DNA of 60,827 bases, from positions 1-60,827 of IMG/VR virus record IMGVR_UViG_3300032954_000013. One strand, written 5' to 3'. The position numbers and the translations under genes were made by a program. Below, in pieces: positions 37,144 through 45,847 of this stretch. This stretch comes from a virus. Lineage: Duplodnaviria; Caudoviricetes. The notes under the pieces were generated by a model. That model ran no database searches and had not been told where the DNA came from. It was given only the letters and a program-made list of their open reading frames with translations. Position 1 is the stretch's first letter. Each line of letters begins with the position of its first letter.

Positions 37144-37424
37144 GCGAGGGCGACAGAGCAATCCCGGTAGCCGCGAGTCCAGACGACAGGGTAAATCCGA
37201 TCTGGAAGTATGTGGCTATGACCGTCGTCGGTATGCTGCTCGGCGGCGCTCCGTCCTACATCTCTCTCTCGATCGACCATCACTACGCGATGACCAAGAC
37301 GGACGTTGACGGCGAGGTGGACAGCCACACGCAGGCCATCGTGCAGAGCGTAAGCGACCTGAAAGAGCAAGTGAAGGAACTCGCCGGAGAAGTCCACGAG
37401 CTTTCGAGGGCGCGCGACAAATGA
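37140..37424 (+). CDS. Membrane protein with C-terminal coiled coil
   Basis: One TM then heptads, typical of lysis-region genes. Confidence 0.6.
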   Translation: MSEGDRAIPVAASPDDRVNPIWKYVAMTVVGMLLGGAPSYISLSIDHHYAMTKTDVDGEVDSHTQAIVQSVSDLKEQVKELAGEVHELSRARDK

Positions 37425-37427
37425 CGG

Positions 37428-37602
37428 TAGCTCCATCGGGGCGCATGCGTAGTAGCCGCTGTGAATCCGGTCCGTAAACTCTACGCATGCGCCCCCAAGG
37501 AGGCTATTGCTTTTGAGGATAATCCATGCCACATTGTCAACCGTTCACTCCGATTGCCCCAACCGGGACGGCGGGTTAGGCCCCCTGAACGCCTGCCGTC
37601 CC
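37428..37602 (+). other. Two long intergenic hairpins
   Basis: Perfect 15-bp IR 37438-37452/37481-37495; 12-bp stem 37565-37576/37591-37602. Confidence 0.7.
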
Positions 37603-37621
37603 AAGAGATAAGGAGACGAAA

Positions 37622-38224
37622 GTGAAACACTGGATTCGCCTCATCTTGTTCGCCCGCAAGTATCACATGCTGTTCCTCGCCGCCGGATTGCTAATGCTCA
37701 CCGTCAGCCTGTGCGCCTGCAACATTCCCGCATGGATTTCAACTGGCGAAGCCGTCATTGGCCTAGCCGAAACGATGATTGGAGCAATCCTGACTGCGAT
37801 GGGTGCTGTCGGCGCGGCAGCGACGATGGTCTCAATCGTAAACAAGATTCTCGCGGCTATGCAGGATGCTCTCGCGATGTACGAGGAATACAAAAACAAT
37901 CCGTCCACGACACTGCTAAGCTCCATTAAAGAAGGTTTCCAGGCCGTCCTCGATGGTGCCACGCAGTTTATGACGGACACGGGCGTTACGAACGTGAACC
38001 TTCAGAACAAGCTGAAGTCGATCATGCAGCTCGTCATCAACGAAATCACGGCCCTGCAATCGACGCTCCCGGCGCTCGTCGCTAAGGCTGGCGAGCAGTT
38101 CACCGTGACGGTGCCGATGGACAAGAAGCAGTTTGTGGCCGCGTACAATCAGATCATCGGAACACCGACTGGCGATGCGGAATGCGACGGCATTCTGGCG
38201 CAACTCAAGGCTCTCAAGGCGTAG
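37622..38224 (+). CDS. Putative lipoprotein
   Basis: Hydrophobic leader ending SLCA-C; AAGGAG RBS; amphipathic helical body. Confidence 0.65.
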   Translation: MKHWIRLILFARKYHMLFLAAGLLMLTVSLCACNIPAWISTGEAVIGLAETMIGAILTAMGAVGAAATMVSIVNKILAAMQDALAMYEEYKNNPSTTLLSSIKEGFQAVLDGATQFMTDTGVTNVNLQNKLKSIMQLVINEITALQSTLPALVAKAGEQFTVTVPMDKKQFVAAYNQIIGTPTGDAECDGILAQLKALKA

Positions 38225-38252
38225 CGGTCGCAAAGCTGAAACGGCTCTAAAT

Positions 38253-38447
38253 TTTTGCGCGGCGGATGCGTAGGACGCATCACCTAAGTGTGAGCACCAA
38301 GCCGAGGGAATCCCGGCTGGCAAAATCCCGGCGGATACGCGGCCAACGTCGGAGACATAGTGGCCTCCGAGCTGCTAGGGAGTCTCAGGGATGGGCTGCG
38401 GCTCACTGCTGAAGGCCCACGGCCGAGTAAGGCAATGCCGCGCAAAA
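38253..38447 (+). ncRNA. Candidate multi-helix structured RNA, family not recognised
   Basis: 11-bp closing stem TTTTGCGCGGC/GCCGCGCAAAA enclosing at least five hairpins; no ORF. Confidence 0.6.
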
Positions 38448-38469
38448 TCTTTTAGTGGAGAAATAGCCA

Positions 38470-39339
38470 ATGGAACTTCCGCTTTCTCCCGCTGGGCGTC
38501 GGTATGGTGGCAAGCCTTCCCGCATTGACCATCGTGATTACGGCCCTCCGCTGCATATCCTCACGATGCGCGGCCCACTCGCTTCGCGCATTCTGCTCCC
38601 AGACCCTCCAAGCGGTACATCGACGCTCGGTGCGGTAAAAGACCAAGGCCAACAGGGAAGCTGCGATGGTCACGCCTCGAGCGAATGCGGGGAGCGGCTC
38701 TGGCGATTCGTCAAAGGCGAAGCGCTGATCTTCTCGCCAGCGTTCGCCTACTACCAGATTCGCAAATTCGAAGGCACGCTCGACCAGGGCGACTGCGGCG
38801 GCCAGATCGTCTCTGGCATGATCATTGCGGACGGAAATCCCGGTGCTGGGGGCATTGGCTACTGCCCGAATGAGCTGATGCCCTATAACCAAAATGATTG
38901 CTCAACTCCGCCATCGGCAGATGCGCTCGCTGCGGCCGCAAAATATCCGGGCGGCTCGTACCACAACATCGGGAACAATATCGGGCTCATCAAATCCTGC
39001 ATCGCTTCTGGCTACAGCTTCGAAATCGGCATCGCAGTCTACGATTCCTTTGAATCGGATACGGTCGCTGGCAATGGCCTCGTACCGATTCCGGCTCCGA
39101 GCGAGAACCTTCTGGGCTATCATGCGCTCCATTGCGGGATGATCGCTGATGACACGATCAAGTGCCCGGGAGTACCAAATCCCGGCGCCGTGATGTTCCA
39201 GAATAGCTGGGGCTCGAATTGGGGCTGCGAATGCCCGCTGACATCAGAGCGCGGCTACGGCTGGCTCGCCTATGATTTTCTCAATAGCACCGACCTCACG
39301 ATCGATGTCCGCATGAGTCATCTTGGGGGACCTTGGTAG
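38470..39339 (+). CDS. Papain-like cysteine peptidase (C1 family)
   Basis: DQGQQGSC, GYHA, QNSWGSNWG with Cys/His/Asn triad. Confidence 0.92.
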   Translation: MELPLSPAGRRYGGKPSRIDHRDYGPPLHILTMRGPLASRILLPDPPSGTSTLGAVKDQGQQGSCDGHASSECGERLWRFVKGEALIFSPAFAYYQIRKFEGTLDQGDCGGQIVSGMIIADGNPGAGGIGYCPNELMPYNQNDCSTPPSADALAAAAKYPGGSYHNIGNNIGLIKSCIASGYSFEIGIAVYDSFESDTVAGNGLVPIPAPSENLLGYHALHCGMIADDTIKCPGVPNPGAVMFQNSWGSNWGCECPLTSERGYGWLAYDFLNSTDLTIDVRMSHLGGPW

Positions 39340-39341
39340 CA

Positions 39342-39752
39342 ATGGACCTCAAGACTCTAGTCGCGATGTACAGCAACCCTGCACCCAAAGTGAAGCTCCT
39401 CTGCCTCGGGATCTCGAAGGCCGAGGGCTTCGATGTTCCCGGCTCGCTGCCAGCACGTTGCCACAATCCGGGGGATCTCGAAATTGGCAATGTTGGCTAC
39501 GGCGTAGACAATGGCAAGACGATCTTCCCTGACGATGCGACGGGCTGGGCCGCACTCTACCGCGAAGGCTCGCTGATGCTTGCGGCGATGACGAGTTTGC
39601 ACCGATCACACGTTTACTCGCTCGGAGAGACGTTCCTTCAGGTCGCTCAAGCATGGACAGGGGGCGATAATCCAAGCGGCTGGGCTCAGACGGTCGCGGA
39701 GACTTGCGGGATGTCAGTTACGAACACGCTACAGGAATTCCTCGACGCCTAG
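39342..39752 (+). CDS. Putative lysozyme-fold endolysin
   Basis: EG..RCHNPGDL..FPD..TGWAAL resembles the RNNNPGNI phage muralytic family; last late gene. Confidence 0.55.
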   Translation: MDLKTLVAMYSNPAPKVKLLCLGISKAEGFDVPGSLPARCHNPGDLEIGNVGYGVDNGKTIFPDDATGWAALYREGSLMLAAMTSLHRSHVYSLGETFLQVAQAWTGGDNPSGWAQTVAETCGMSVTNTLQEFLDA

Positions 39753-39755
39753 CGC

Positions 39756-40652
39756 TCACGGCGTCTCCTGCGAGGGAGCGGAGAGGGCGGCTTCTACCGG
39801 ACACGTTGGATTATGATGATTGCGCGTGCTCCCCAAGCAGTACGGGCACTTGTCGAACGTCATGCTACGAATCAATCGCTCAAGTTCCGCGATTCGCGCC
39901 TCGGGGGATGGGCCGGGATGGGCGGCTCGCACGAGTTCGCGCAGGCACGGCAGGCAGTCCATCGCCAGGCCCGACGCCGTCTCAGGATGCGGGCACTTCG
40001 TGCGTCCTTCCCACCAGTTCAGAATCGCGTCGCCCTGCCCCGTAGCTTGCTCGCCGAGGCGAGGCTCGGGGGCGCGCTCAGATTGCAATCGCAGGTATTC
40101 GTCGCTCAAGTACTTTATCGTTCGGGCAAAGAAACTGCGATCTTCAGGGGCTTGCTGCGCCGCATCTTGGCAGGCGTCCACTATTTCTCTCGGCCAGTGT
40201 TGTGGAAAATCTCCGCGCGTAGGCTCGGGGGCGGGAGCGGCCACGAACTGACGGACCTGTTCGATACTGTCGGTGACCAGATGCGCCATCTTGACCATCA
40301 AATCCGGTTCGCGCACGCCGGGGATATAGACAACGACTCGCTTTCCGGCGCCGACAGCCCAACCCATTTCCATCGAAGCGGAGGGGCCGCACGGCATCAC
40401 GTAGACGCACACTTCGCAGCCGCGCAAGGCGTCCATGTCCCGCTCAAAACCACGCTCGGCGCATGGATGATTCAATCCAGCGAGGTATTTTGGAATGTCG
40501 CTCGGCCAGTTCTGCCACTCGGGATCGACTTCGCTCCAATGGAATCCCTCGGAGTCCTTGAAGTCATATACGTCATGCCCGTCAGCGCGGAGAACTTTCA
40601 CCACCTCTGGCTGGAAAGTGTTGCGCCACGAACTCGCTACGTAAACTTTCAT
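39756..40652 (-). CDS. Nucleoside 2-deoxyribosyltransferase-like domain with C-terminal extension
   Basis: KVYVASSWRN, D..AL..C, CGPSASMEMGWA. Confidence 0.7.
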   Translation of the reverse strand: MKVYVASSWRNTFQPEVVKVLRADGHDVYDFKDSEGFHWSEVDPEWQNWPSDIPKYLAGLNHPCAERGFERDMDALRGCEVCVYVMPCGPSASMEMGWAVGAGKRVVVYIPGVREPDLMVKMAHLVTDSIEQVRQFVAAPAPEPTRGDFPQHWPREIVDACQDAAQQAPEDRSFFARTIKYLSDEYLRLQSERAPEPRLGEQATGQGDAILNWWEGRTKCPHPETASGLAMDCLPCLRELVRAAHPGPSPEARIAELERLIRSMTFDKCPYCLGSTRNHHNPTCPVEAALSAPSQETP

Positions 40653-40825
40653 CGCCTTCCCTTTCGCCCCGGCTTGGGGGCCGCACGCCTACTCACGTTC
40701 AATGTTGAAATATGGTGCGCTCATAATCGTGCCGCGCTTGTCACTGCGGAACATGAGCGTATCAGGATAGCTCCACCATGTCCCGATAATGCAAATTAGG
40801 AATAGACATTGCCCCACAGCCTCAA

Positions 40826-41152
40826 TCATTTCGTCCTCGGGATAGCGTCCAATGGGCCGAGGATGGCGTCTAGCGCATCCGCAAACATCCTTGCGCCATC
40901 CATCATTCCAACAGCGTGCAGCGGACCAATTGGTGACCGCGCTTTCCATTCGCGCCATTCCTTCTGCGCCGCCCTCAGCCTCGCCTCGATCCTGGCGAGT
41001 TCGTCGGCAATATCGTTTTGTGCGGCCGCGTAGTTGTCCATTTTCAGATATTTGTACTCAAGTCCACGACTTTTGAATTCCACAGGAACGGACTCTAGCG
41101 CCTCGCGGCGCAATTTCTCAATCAGTTCGTGCAGGGTGGTGGGTTCAGGCAT
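40826..41152 (-). CDS. Hypothetical protein
   Basis: AGGAG RBS; part of the coupled leftward operon. Confidence 0.6.
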   Translation of the reverse strand: MPEPTTLHELIEKLRREALESVPVEFKSRGLEYKYLKMDNYAAAQNDIADELARIEARLRAAQKEWREWKARSPIGPLHAVGMMDGARMFADALDAILGPLDAIPRTK

Positions 41153-41393
41153 CTACCGTCTCCTGATGCAGCGCCAATTCAAGTGCCGCCGATTTTGCTC
41201 CCAGAATGTTTCCCCAAGTATCGCCCTGAATTATGCGATTGCGCGAGATGGCAGAAACCAAATATCGCGTTGGCCTCTTCGGGTAGCCGAAATCACTGTC
41301 GTCGGTTACTGCCGCAGTCCAACCGTTCGGTAGAGGCAGATACCAACTCCAAATCTTGTTGACCTTGTCAAAAGATATTTCCCACTCAGCCAC
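41145..41393 (-). CDS. Hypothetical protein
   Basis: GAGGTG RBS; coupled. Confidence 0.55.
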   Translation of the reverse strand: MAEWEISFDKVNKIWSWYLPLPNGWTAAVTDDSDFGYPKRPTRYLVSAISRNRIIQGDTWGNILGAKSAALELALHQETVDA

Positions 41394-41396
41394 GCT

Positions 41397-41645
41397 TCAC
41401 CTCTCCTTTCCTCGCGCCCGTCGAGGAGTGAGGGGACGCTCACGCTGCGTAATCTCTGGGCGATCTATGAAGTGAATCCGACGAGCATGAGAAGAAGCCG
41501 CATTTCGTGCTTGGGTCATCGGCAGGACTGGTCTCTCGCGTTCCCACTTTCCAGTGTAAGTCCCCGACCAGTTGCAATGTTCGCAATCAAGCACGACGAT
41601 AGCTCGCGGTCCTTTTGAAACAACTGTGGCTCTGAAATCGCTCAT
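41397..41645 (-). CDS. Zn-finger-like hypothetical protein
   Basis: CEHC..H...H. Confidence 0.5.
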   Translation of the reverse strand: MSDFRATVVSKGPRAIVVLDCEHCNWSGTYTGKWERERPVLPMTQARNAASSHARRIHFIDRPEITQRERPLTPRRARGKER

Positions 41646-41847
41646 TTCGCACGTTCCTTTCGAGGGAGGCTTTGACACGGCGATTCAAACTCGACCTAAG
41701 TAAGCGCATGATGCAACGCGCCATTGCCGATGAATCGCGTTCGTGGTCATAGCGCAAATGCTCAAAGAGAGTCTGGCGATACGGTTTCTCGCCGCACAAT
41801 GGACAAGTTCTCGGCTGTCGCACCTTTCCCTTCCCTCGCCGGGTCAT
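41587..41847 (-). CDS. C2H2-like Zn-finger protein
   Basis: CPLC..LFEHLRYDH. Confidence 0.5.
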   Translation of the reverse strand: MTRRGKGKVRQPRTCPLCGEKPYRQTLFEHLRYDHERDSSAMARCIMRLLRSSLNRRVKASLERNVRNERFQSHSCFKRTASYRRA

Positions 41848-42131
41848 TGGCCGCGCTCCAAGTCTGCGATGCGGTCATCGCACAGACAGCGTAGCTCGCA
41901 AGCGGTATTACAACATTCAGTTTTGAATCGTTTCGCCTCATCCAGCCGCGCCTCTCGCTTCGCGTCCGCGAGGGCTGAAATCAGTGTGCCTTCTACGCGC
42001 CTAGCGAAATCAACTTCCCAATCGAACACAATCAGCTTGCCGTCGAAAGTCTTGATGTCGGGAAGCAGTTTGGCGATCTTCTCAGCCAATTCCCGCGCTC
42101 TCTCGCGCTCGGCGTCGGTGGGGTTGGTCAT
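41844..42131 (-). CDS. Hypothetical protein
   Basis: ATGA-coupled. Confidence 0.55.
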   Translation of the reverse strand: MTNPTDAERERARELAEKIAKLLPDIKTFDGKLIVFDWEVDFARRVEGTLISALADAKREARLDEAKRFKTECCNTACELRCLCDDRIADLERGQ

Positions 42132-42358
42132 ATGGCTGCGCTTTTTCCGCAAGGTTGCGAAACATCAATGCAACTTCCGCCCCAAGCGCAGGCCGCTTGG
42201 TAGGAGAAGCGTACCGCGCGAGGCAAGCAGCTATCGCAGGCATGGAGATCGCCGTATTTACGAACAGTCGGATGATCCGGTTGACATTCTCGTGCGCCGC
42301 ACAAATCGCACATCTTGTGTCGGCAGCGCGGCGCGTCGGTAATCGGGGAGGAGGTCAT
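42128..42358 (-). CDS. Cys-rich hypothetical protein
   Basis: CDLC, CDSC; ATGA-coupled. Confidence 0.5.
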   Translation of the reverse strand: MTSSPITDAPRCRHKMCDLCGARECQPDHPTVRKYGDLHACDSCLPRAVRFSYQAACAWGGSCIDVSQPCGKSAAI

Positions 42359-42618
42359 AATTTTCTCCGAAGTGCTTCTTTCTGTAACGCCGCGATGATC
42401 GTTTCTGGCTTGTGGCCGATCAGTCCCAAGCCCGGCCTGCAATCCTGCGGCGAAATCTTTCCGTTCAAATGATCCTCGACAGGACCGCCACAAATCTCAC
42501 AGTCGATTGAGTATCCGTCCAGGCCATTACGATTCGTGTCGGCACCCGCACGAACGACTGCATCGAATAAAGTTTCTCCAGGGCAAACCGTTGTATGCAG
42601 AAGTCTTTGGCTCATCAT
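42355..42618 (-). CDS. Hypothetical protein
   Basis: GGAG RBS; CEIC..H. Confidence 0.55.
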   Translation of the reverse strand: MMSQRLLHTTVCPGETLFDAVVRAGADTNRNGLDGYSIDCEICGGPVEDHLNGKISPQDCRPGLGLIGHKPETIIAALQKEALRRKL

Positions 42619-43058
42619 TCTCCTCCGCTCTTGCGCCCCGGATTTGCGCCCCGCGTCCGCTCGTCATACCGCTCAAACGCCATCTTGAGACTGGCGGCGT
42701 TGAACCATCGGCTGCCGCAAAGGGTGTCCTGAGCGCCAGCCATCACCAGTTGCACGTCGTGCAGGAATTCGCTCAGATCGTTGCGCTCGCTTTCAATATC
42801 ACGCACACGCTTGTTTAGAATAGCCGTATCGAATGTCCAACTGCTCTGCCACATCGCGGAATCCCGTTTCGCTTCGTCACGCTCGCGGCGAATTGATTCA
42901 AGCTCACCGCTCAAGCGCGTGGCCTCCGCTCTGGCGTGACGATACATCTCTCTTTCTATGTCGATGTATTGACTAAGAGACACGCGACGCGATTCGGATT
43001 CTATCCGCAGCCGTTCACAGTTACGGCACTTCTTCGGCTTGGCAGGGGTGCGCTTCAT
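42615..43058 (-). CDS. Coiled-coil hypothetical protein
   Basis: CRNC followed by heptads; ATGA-coupled. Confidence 0.6.
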   Translation of the reverse strand: MKRTPAKPKKCRNCERLRIESESRRVSLSQYIDIEREMYRHARAEATRLSGELESIRRERDEAKRDSAMWQSSWTFDTAILNKRVRDIESERNDLSEFLHDVQLVMAGAQDTLCGSRWFNAASLKMAFERYDERTRGANPGRKSGGE

Positions 43059-43276
43059 TCTCTTGACCTCGCGAAGAATCCTGCTCGGCTCTTGTCCATG
43101 TGGCTCAGAACATCGTCAACAGTTCGCATGGCGTGAGGGTAGAGGCAGAGAGTGCTGCGAGTTTCGGGATCGTGGAACAACACCAGCGGCCCGTTGCGTG
43201 ATTCCTGGATGCCGCAGAATCGGGCACCGGCCTTCTCAATCAATTGCTGGCAGCGAATGAGTTCGTCGGGAGTCAT
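43055..43276 (-). CDS. Hypothetical protein
   Basis: GGAGG RBS; ATGA-coupled. Confidence 0.6.
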   Translation of the reverse strand: MTPDELIRCQQLIEKAGARFCGIQESRNGPLVLFHDPETRSTLCLYPHAMRTVDDVLSHMDKSRAGFFARSRE

Positions 43277-43833
43277 TGGCTTTCCTCCACAGGAATCTTG
43301 AGATTTTCCCGAACAATACTCGCCATGTTCCTTAGAGCGCCAGCCCTAGTGGCGGCGGCGGCGGCGGCGGCGGCGTAGGCGGCGTCGGCGGCGTCGGCGG
43401 CGTCGTAGGCGGCGGCGGCGTAGGCGGCGGCGTAGGCGGCGTAGGCGGCGTCGGCGGCGGCGGCGACGGCGGCGGCGTAGGCGGCGTAGGCGGCGTCGGC
43501 GGCGGCGGCGACGGCGGCTCGGGCTTGCGCTTTCGTTCCTGTCCCATTTGCCCATGCTCGTGCTGCTTCGATGACCTTGCGTGGACGATCATTCTTGGGA
43601 TATTTTTTTTCGAATATCGGAAGAGCGGTTTCAGCACACAAACAAACAACGAGAACGATTTGTTGATGGGTCGGCCAGCCGTCTTTGCCAATCATTCGCC
43701 CGCACAGCCACAACATCCAATCGGCGCGCTCACACTCGGCCCACGCGGTTGCAAGATCGCGCTCGCCGACCCAGTTAACCGCATCGTTGCAGGCACCCAA
43801 TCTGTTCAGCAGCTTACCGAGTTCAGTTTTCAT
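43273..43833 (-). CDS. Imm5-like phage protein with Ala-rich repeat
   Basis: LGAC..AVNW, RADWMLW, CAE..LPIFE...P.NDRPRK.IEAA followed by AAYAA/AADAA repeats. Confidence 0.65.
   Translation of the reverse strand: MKTELGKLLNRLGACNDAVNWVGERDLATAWAECERADWMLWLCGRMIGKDGWPTHQQIVLVVCLCAETALPIFEKKYPKNDRPRKVIEAARAWANGTGTKAQARAAVAAAADAAYAAYAAAVAAAADAAYAAYAAAYAAAAYDAADAADAAYAAAAAAAATRAGALRNMASIVRENLKIPVEESQ
43351..43518. repeat. Low-complexity (GGC)n/GGCGTA/GGCGTC coding repeat
   Basis: Encodes poly-Ala punctuated by Tyr/Asp on the - strand. Confidence 0.9.
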
Positions 43834-44078
43834 CGCCCGTATCTCCCTTCCCGGCTTTCCACGTCGAAGTCGAAGTCCACGTTTTCTTCGCACAGTTCCC
43901 GCTGCGTCTGGGCGTTTCTCTCCGCGCAGCATTTTTCGCACATGGCTGTCGTGCCTTCGACCATCGGCCGACGGTGGGGCTCGACGCAGACACCGCACCT
44001 GTCGCAGTAATAGGGGATGCCGAGCCAGTCGCAGAGACGATGAAGAGCAGTCGAGATGAAGCGGAGAACTTGAATCAT
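43830..44078 (-). CDS. Cys-rich hypothetical protein
   Basis: AAGGAG RBS; CDRC, CEKC. Confidence 0.55.
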   Translation of the reverse strand: MIQVLRFISTALHRLCDWLGIPYYCDRCGVCVEPHRRPMVEGTTAMCEKCCAERNAQTQRELCEENVDFDFDVESREGRYGR

Positions 44079-44200
44079 ACGCGTTTCTCCTTCCGATACT
44101 CCGAGCACTTCGCCTCCACGCACCAATAGATGATCTCGGTTCGCTCGCGCGTGCCGCGAATCTCGCGAGCCATTGGGCGTTTGCAGGCGGGGCAGATCAT
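44075..44200 (-). CDS. Small Zn-ribbon protein
   Basis: Manual translation MICPACKRPM..WCVEAKC; GAGGT RBS; ATGA-coupled. Confidence 0.5.
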   Translation of the reverse strand: MICPACKRPMAREIRGTRERTEIIYWCVEAKCSEYRKEKRV

Positions 44201-45033
44201 GCTGATACCTCAGTGTTCAACTGCGGCCGTATTTGAGCTATTCGCACGGTATCGCCTTTGGCAAAGTGAATGAAGTTTTCCGCATCCGCCTGATGACGAA
44301 GCAGCAGCCCGCGAAGACTAATTCGGAATACTTTGGTTCCCAAAGGAGAAGGCAGGAGAAGGTAGATCGGCTCAGGGAAATGCGGAACTTGCAAGAGCCG
44401 AAGCACATATAAGTCAACGTGCTCCTCCGAGAGAACTTTGTGTCGATGGATATTGAATGACCATTCTATTTTTGTAGATGTCTTTTTGCCACGCACATTG
44501 AGGTGTGCGTTGGCGCTCTTGACTTCAATACGGCAGTTCCCATCCACGAGCAAATCGAATTTATCCCTTCGGCCCATTCGCTTGACGACGCGCCCATAAG
44601 ATCGCAGCAACTCCGCAACGGCCTCTTCAGCTTCACGCCCGTGGGCTGACCTGAATCCCAGCGGAGTCCCGGCATCGCCAGTGCTATATTTTCTATATTG
44701 ATGGTACCTACACAGATCGGAACGCTTCGCCAGATCCTTACAACCCGCAATGGCGCATGGGTGGAGCGGAACGCGATGGGCCCCGGATGGCCTCAAAATC
44801 AGATCGCCATTCCGATGTATTCGTGCGATGTGCGTATGACAAAGTCCCTTTTCTTTAGCCTGCGAGAAGCAGCCTTCTACATAGCAGGTCTTGCCTCGAT
44901 TGTCACAAAAAGTGCGCGACAACCCATGATTCCGTGCAAAGCGATAATGATATTCGCAAAGTCCCTTAGCGCGTGGTGGATTATTGCAATCTGGCAGCAG
45001 GCAGGTCATTCCTTGAATTCGCGGGCGTCCCAT
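44197..45033 (-). CDS. PD-(D/E)XK endonuclease with three N-terminal Cys/His repeats (homing-endonuclease-like)
   Basis: Three C-x4-C..(G)LC..H repeats; GREAE, FDLLV..RIEVKS. Confidence 0.75.
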   Translation of the reverse strand: MGRPRIQGMTCLLPDCNNPPRAKGLCEYHYRFARNHGLSRTFCDNRGKTCYVEGCFSQAKEKGLCHTHIARIHRNGDLILRPSGAHRVPLHPCAIAGCKDLAKRSDLCRYHQYRKYSTGDAGTPLGFRSAHGREAEEAVAELLRSYGRVVKRMGRRDKFDLLVDGNCRIEVKSANAHLNVRGKKTSTKIEWSFNIHRHKVLSEEHVDLYVLRLLQVPHFPEPIYLLLPSPLGTKVFRISLRGLLLRHQADAENFIHFAKGDTVRIAQIRPQLNTEVSA

Positions 45034-45040
45034 GCAATCT

Positions 45041-45069
45041 CTTATACGCCTGCGTATCCAGCCAGTCAA
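45041..45069 (-). promoter_or_regulatory. Leftward sigma70 promoter TTGACT-N17-TATAAG
   Basis: Read directly; predicted start site falls next to the ATG at 45033. Confidence 0.7.
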
Positions 45070-45088
45070 GAAAAATAAGTAATACCAA

Positions 45089-45117
45089 TTGACTTTTCCA
45101 GAATCTTCCATTAGCAT
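45089..45117 (+). promoter_or_regulatory. Rightward sigma70 promoter TTGACT-N17-TAGCAT
   Basis: Read directly; at the strand-switch point. Confidence 0.72.
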
Positions 45118-45125
45118 GAACGGGC

Positions 45126-45308
45126 ATGGGAGGCATGATGCAGACAAGCGAGAGAACGGACGCTTCAATCTCGGCGAAGATTCCCGCCGATCTTTACGAC
45201 AAGCTGGTAGCCGCTGCCGAAAAAGGGCGGCGCTCAATCGCGGCGCAGATTGAGTTGATTCTTGAGCGCGGGCTGAAAAAGAGGAAAGAAAAAAGGATGA
45301 AACAATGA
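45126..45308 (+). CDS. Arc-like ribbon-helix-helix regulator
   Basis: ISAKIPADLYDKL..AA....RSIAAQIELILERGL. Confidence 0.8.
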   Translation: MGGMMQTSERTDASISAKIPADLYDKLVAAAEKGRRSIAAQIELILERGLKKRKEKRMKQ

Positions 45309-45511
45309 CTCGCCTCGAAATCACCGACCGCCGCATCTGTCCTGATTGTAAGGGCCGGAGATTTATCGGCCCCTATCTCTGCGCGCGCTGCAATGGTGAC
45401 GGCTCCGTGATCGTGGACGCGAGCTTCCGACATTTCACTCGCATCGTTGTCGCGGTCGCTTTCGTTCTCATGGTGCTCGGCGCGAGCTATCTGATCGTGG
45501 GGCGACCGTGA
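45305..45511 (+). CDS. Zn-finger membrane protein
   Basis: CPDCKGR, CARCNGDG, C-terminal TM. Confidence 0.6.
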   Translation: MTRLEITDRRICPDCKGRRFIGPYLCARCNGDGSVIVDASFRHFTRIVVAVAFVLMVLGASYLIVGRP

Positions 45512-45729
45512 GCATCGTGCCATCTTCGGTTCGTTGTGACGGATGTGGCAAGAATCGCATCGAAGACGGAAATCATTGGCATACGCTACGGGCACCAGGG
45601 GCCGATCCGCTGCAAATCACGAAGGGCGTGCAGACTGCTGGATATGGCAAGCACGCCTGCGGCGAAGCGTGCGCGATGAAACTGGTTTCCCGCTGGATGG
45701 CGACGGGAACACTTGAGGAGAAAACTTGA
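45508..45729 (+). CDS. Zn-finger hypothetical protein
   Basis: CDGC, HACGEAC. Confidence 0.6.
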   Translation: MSIVPSSVRCDGCGKNRIEDGNHWHTLRAPGADPLQITKGVQTAGYGKHACGEACAMKLVSRWMATGTLEEKT

Positions 45730-45847
45730 TCGAATTTCTCCGAGGCACGCATAAGTACCGTTTCAAGGGTCAGCCGTTGCTCGGCGTCACAGCCGAGAGT
45801 GTTTGAGTTGGAAGAAACAGAAGCACAAATCAAAAGGGGGTAAGGCA

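Noticed and set aside
38226-38250. c-di-GMP-I riboswitch-like fragments (CGCAAAGCT..CTAA here; GGCAAAC near 50148)
   Set aside because: Only short pieces match; the GAAA-tetraloop P2 and receptor architecture is missing at both sites
37425-38469. tRNA or tmRNA genes in the structured gaps
   Set aside because: No T-loop GTTC(G/A)A motif with cloverleaf spacing was seen
39813-40799. 328-aa + strand ORF and the many other long antisense ORFs
   Set aside because: GC-rich shadows of recognisable opposite-strand genes, with no motifs
43351-43518. CRISPR-like or functional DNA repeat; poly-Pro and poly-Arg ORFs
   Set aside because: No repeat-spacer structure; it is the Ala-rich coding tract, and the other frames are shadows
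45034-45336. N-terminal extension of the 379-aa - strand ORF
   Set aside because: Overlaps the promoters and the RHH gene; ATG 45033 fits the promoter
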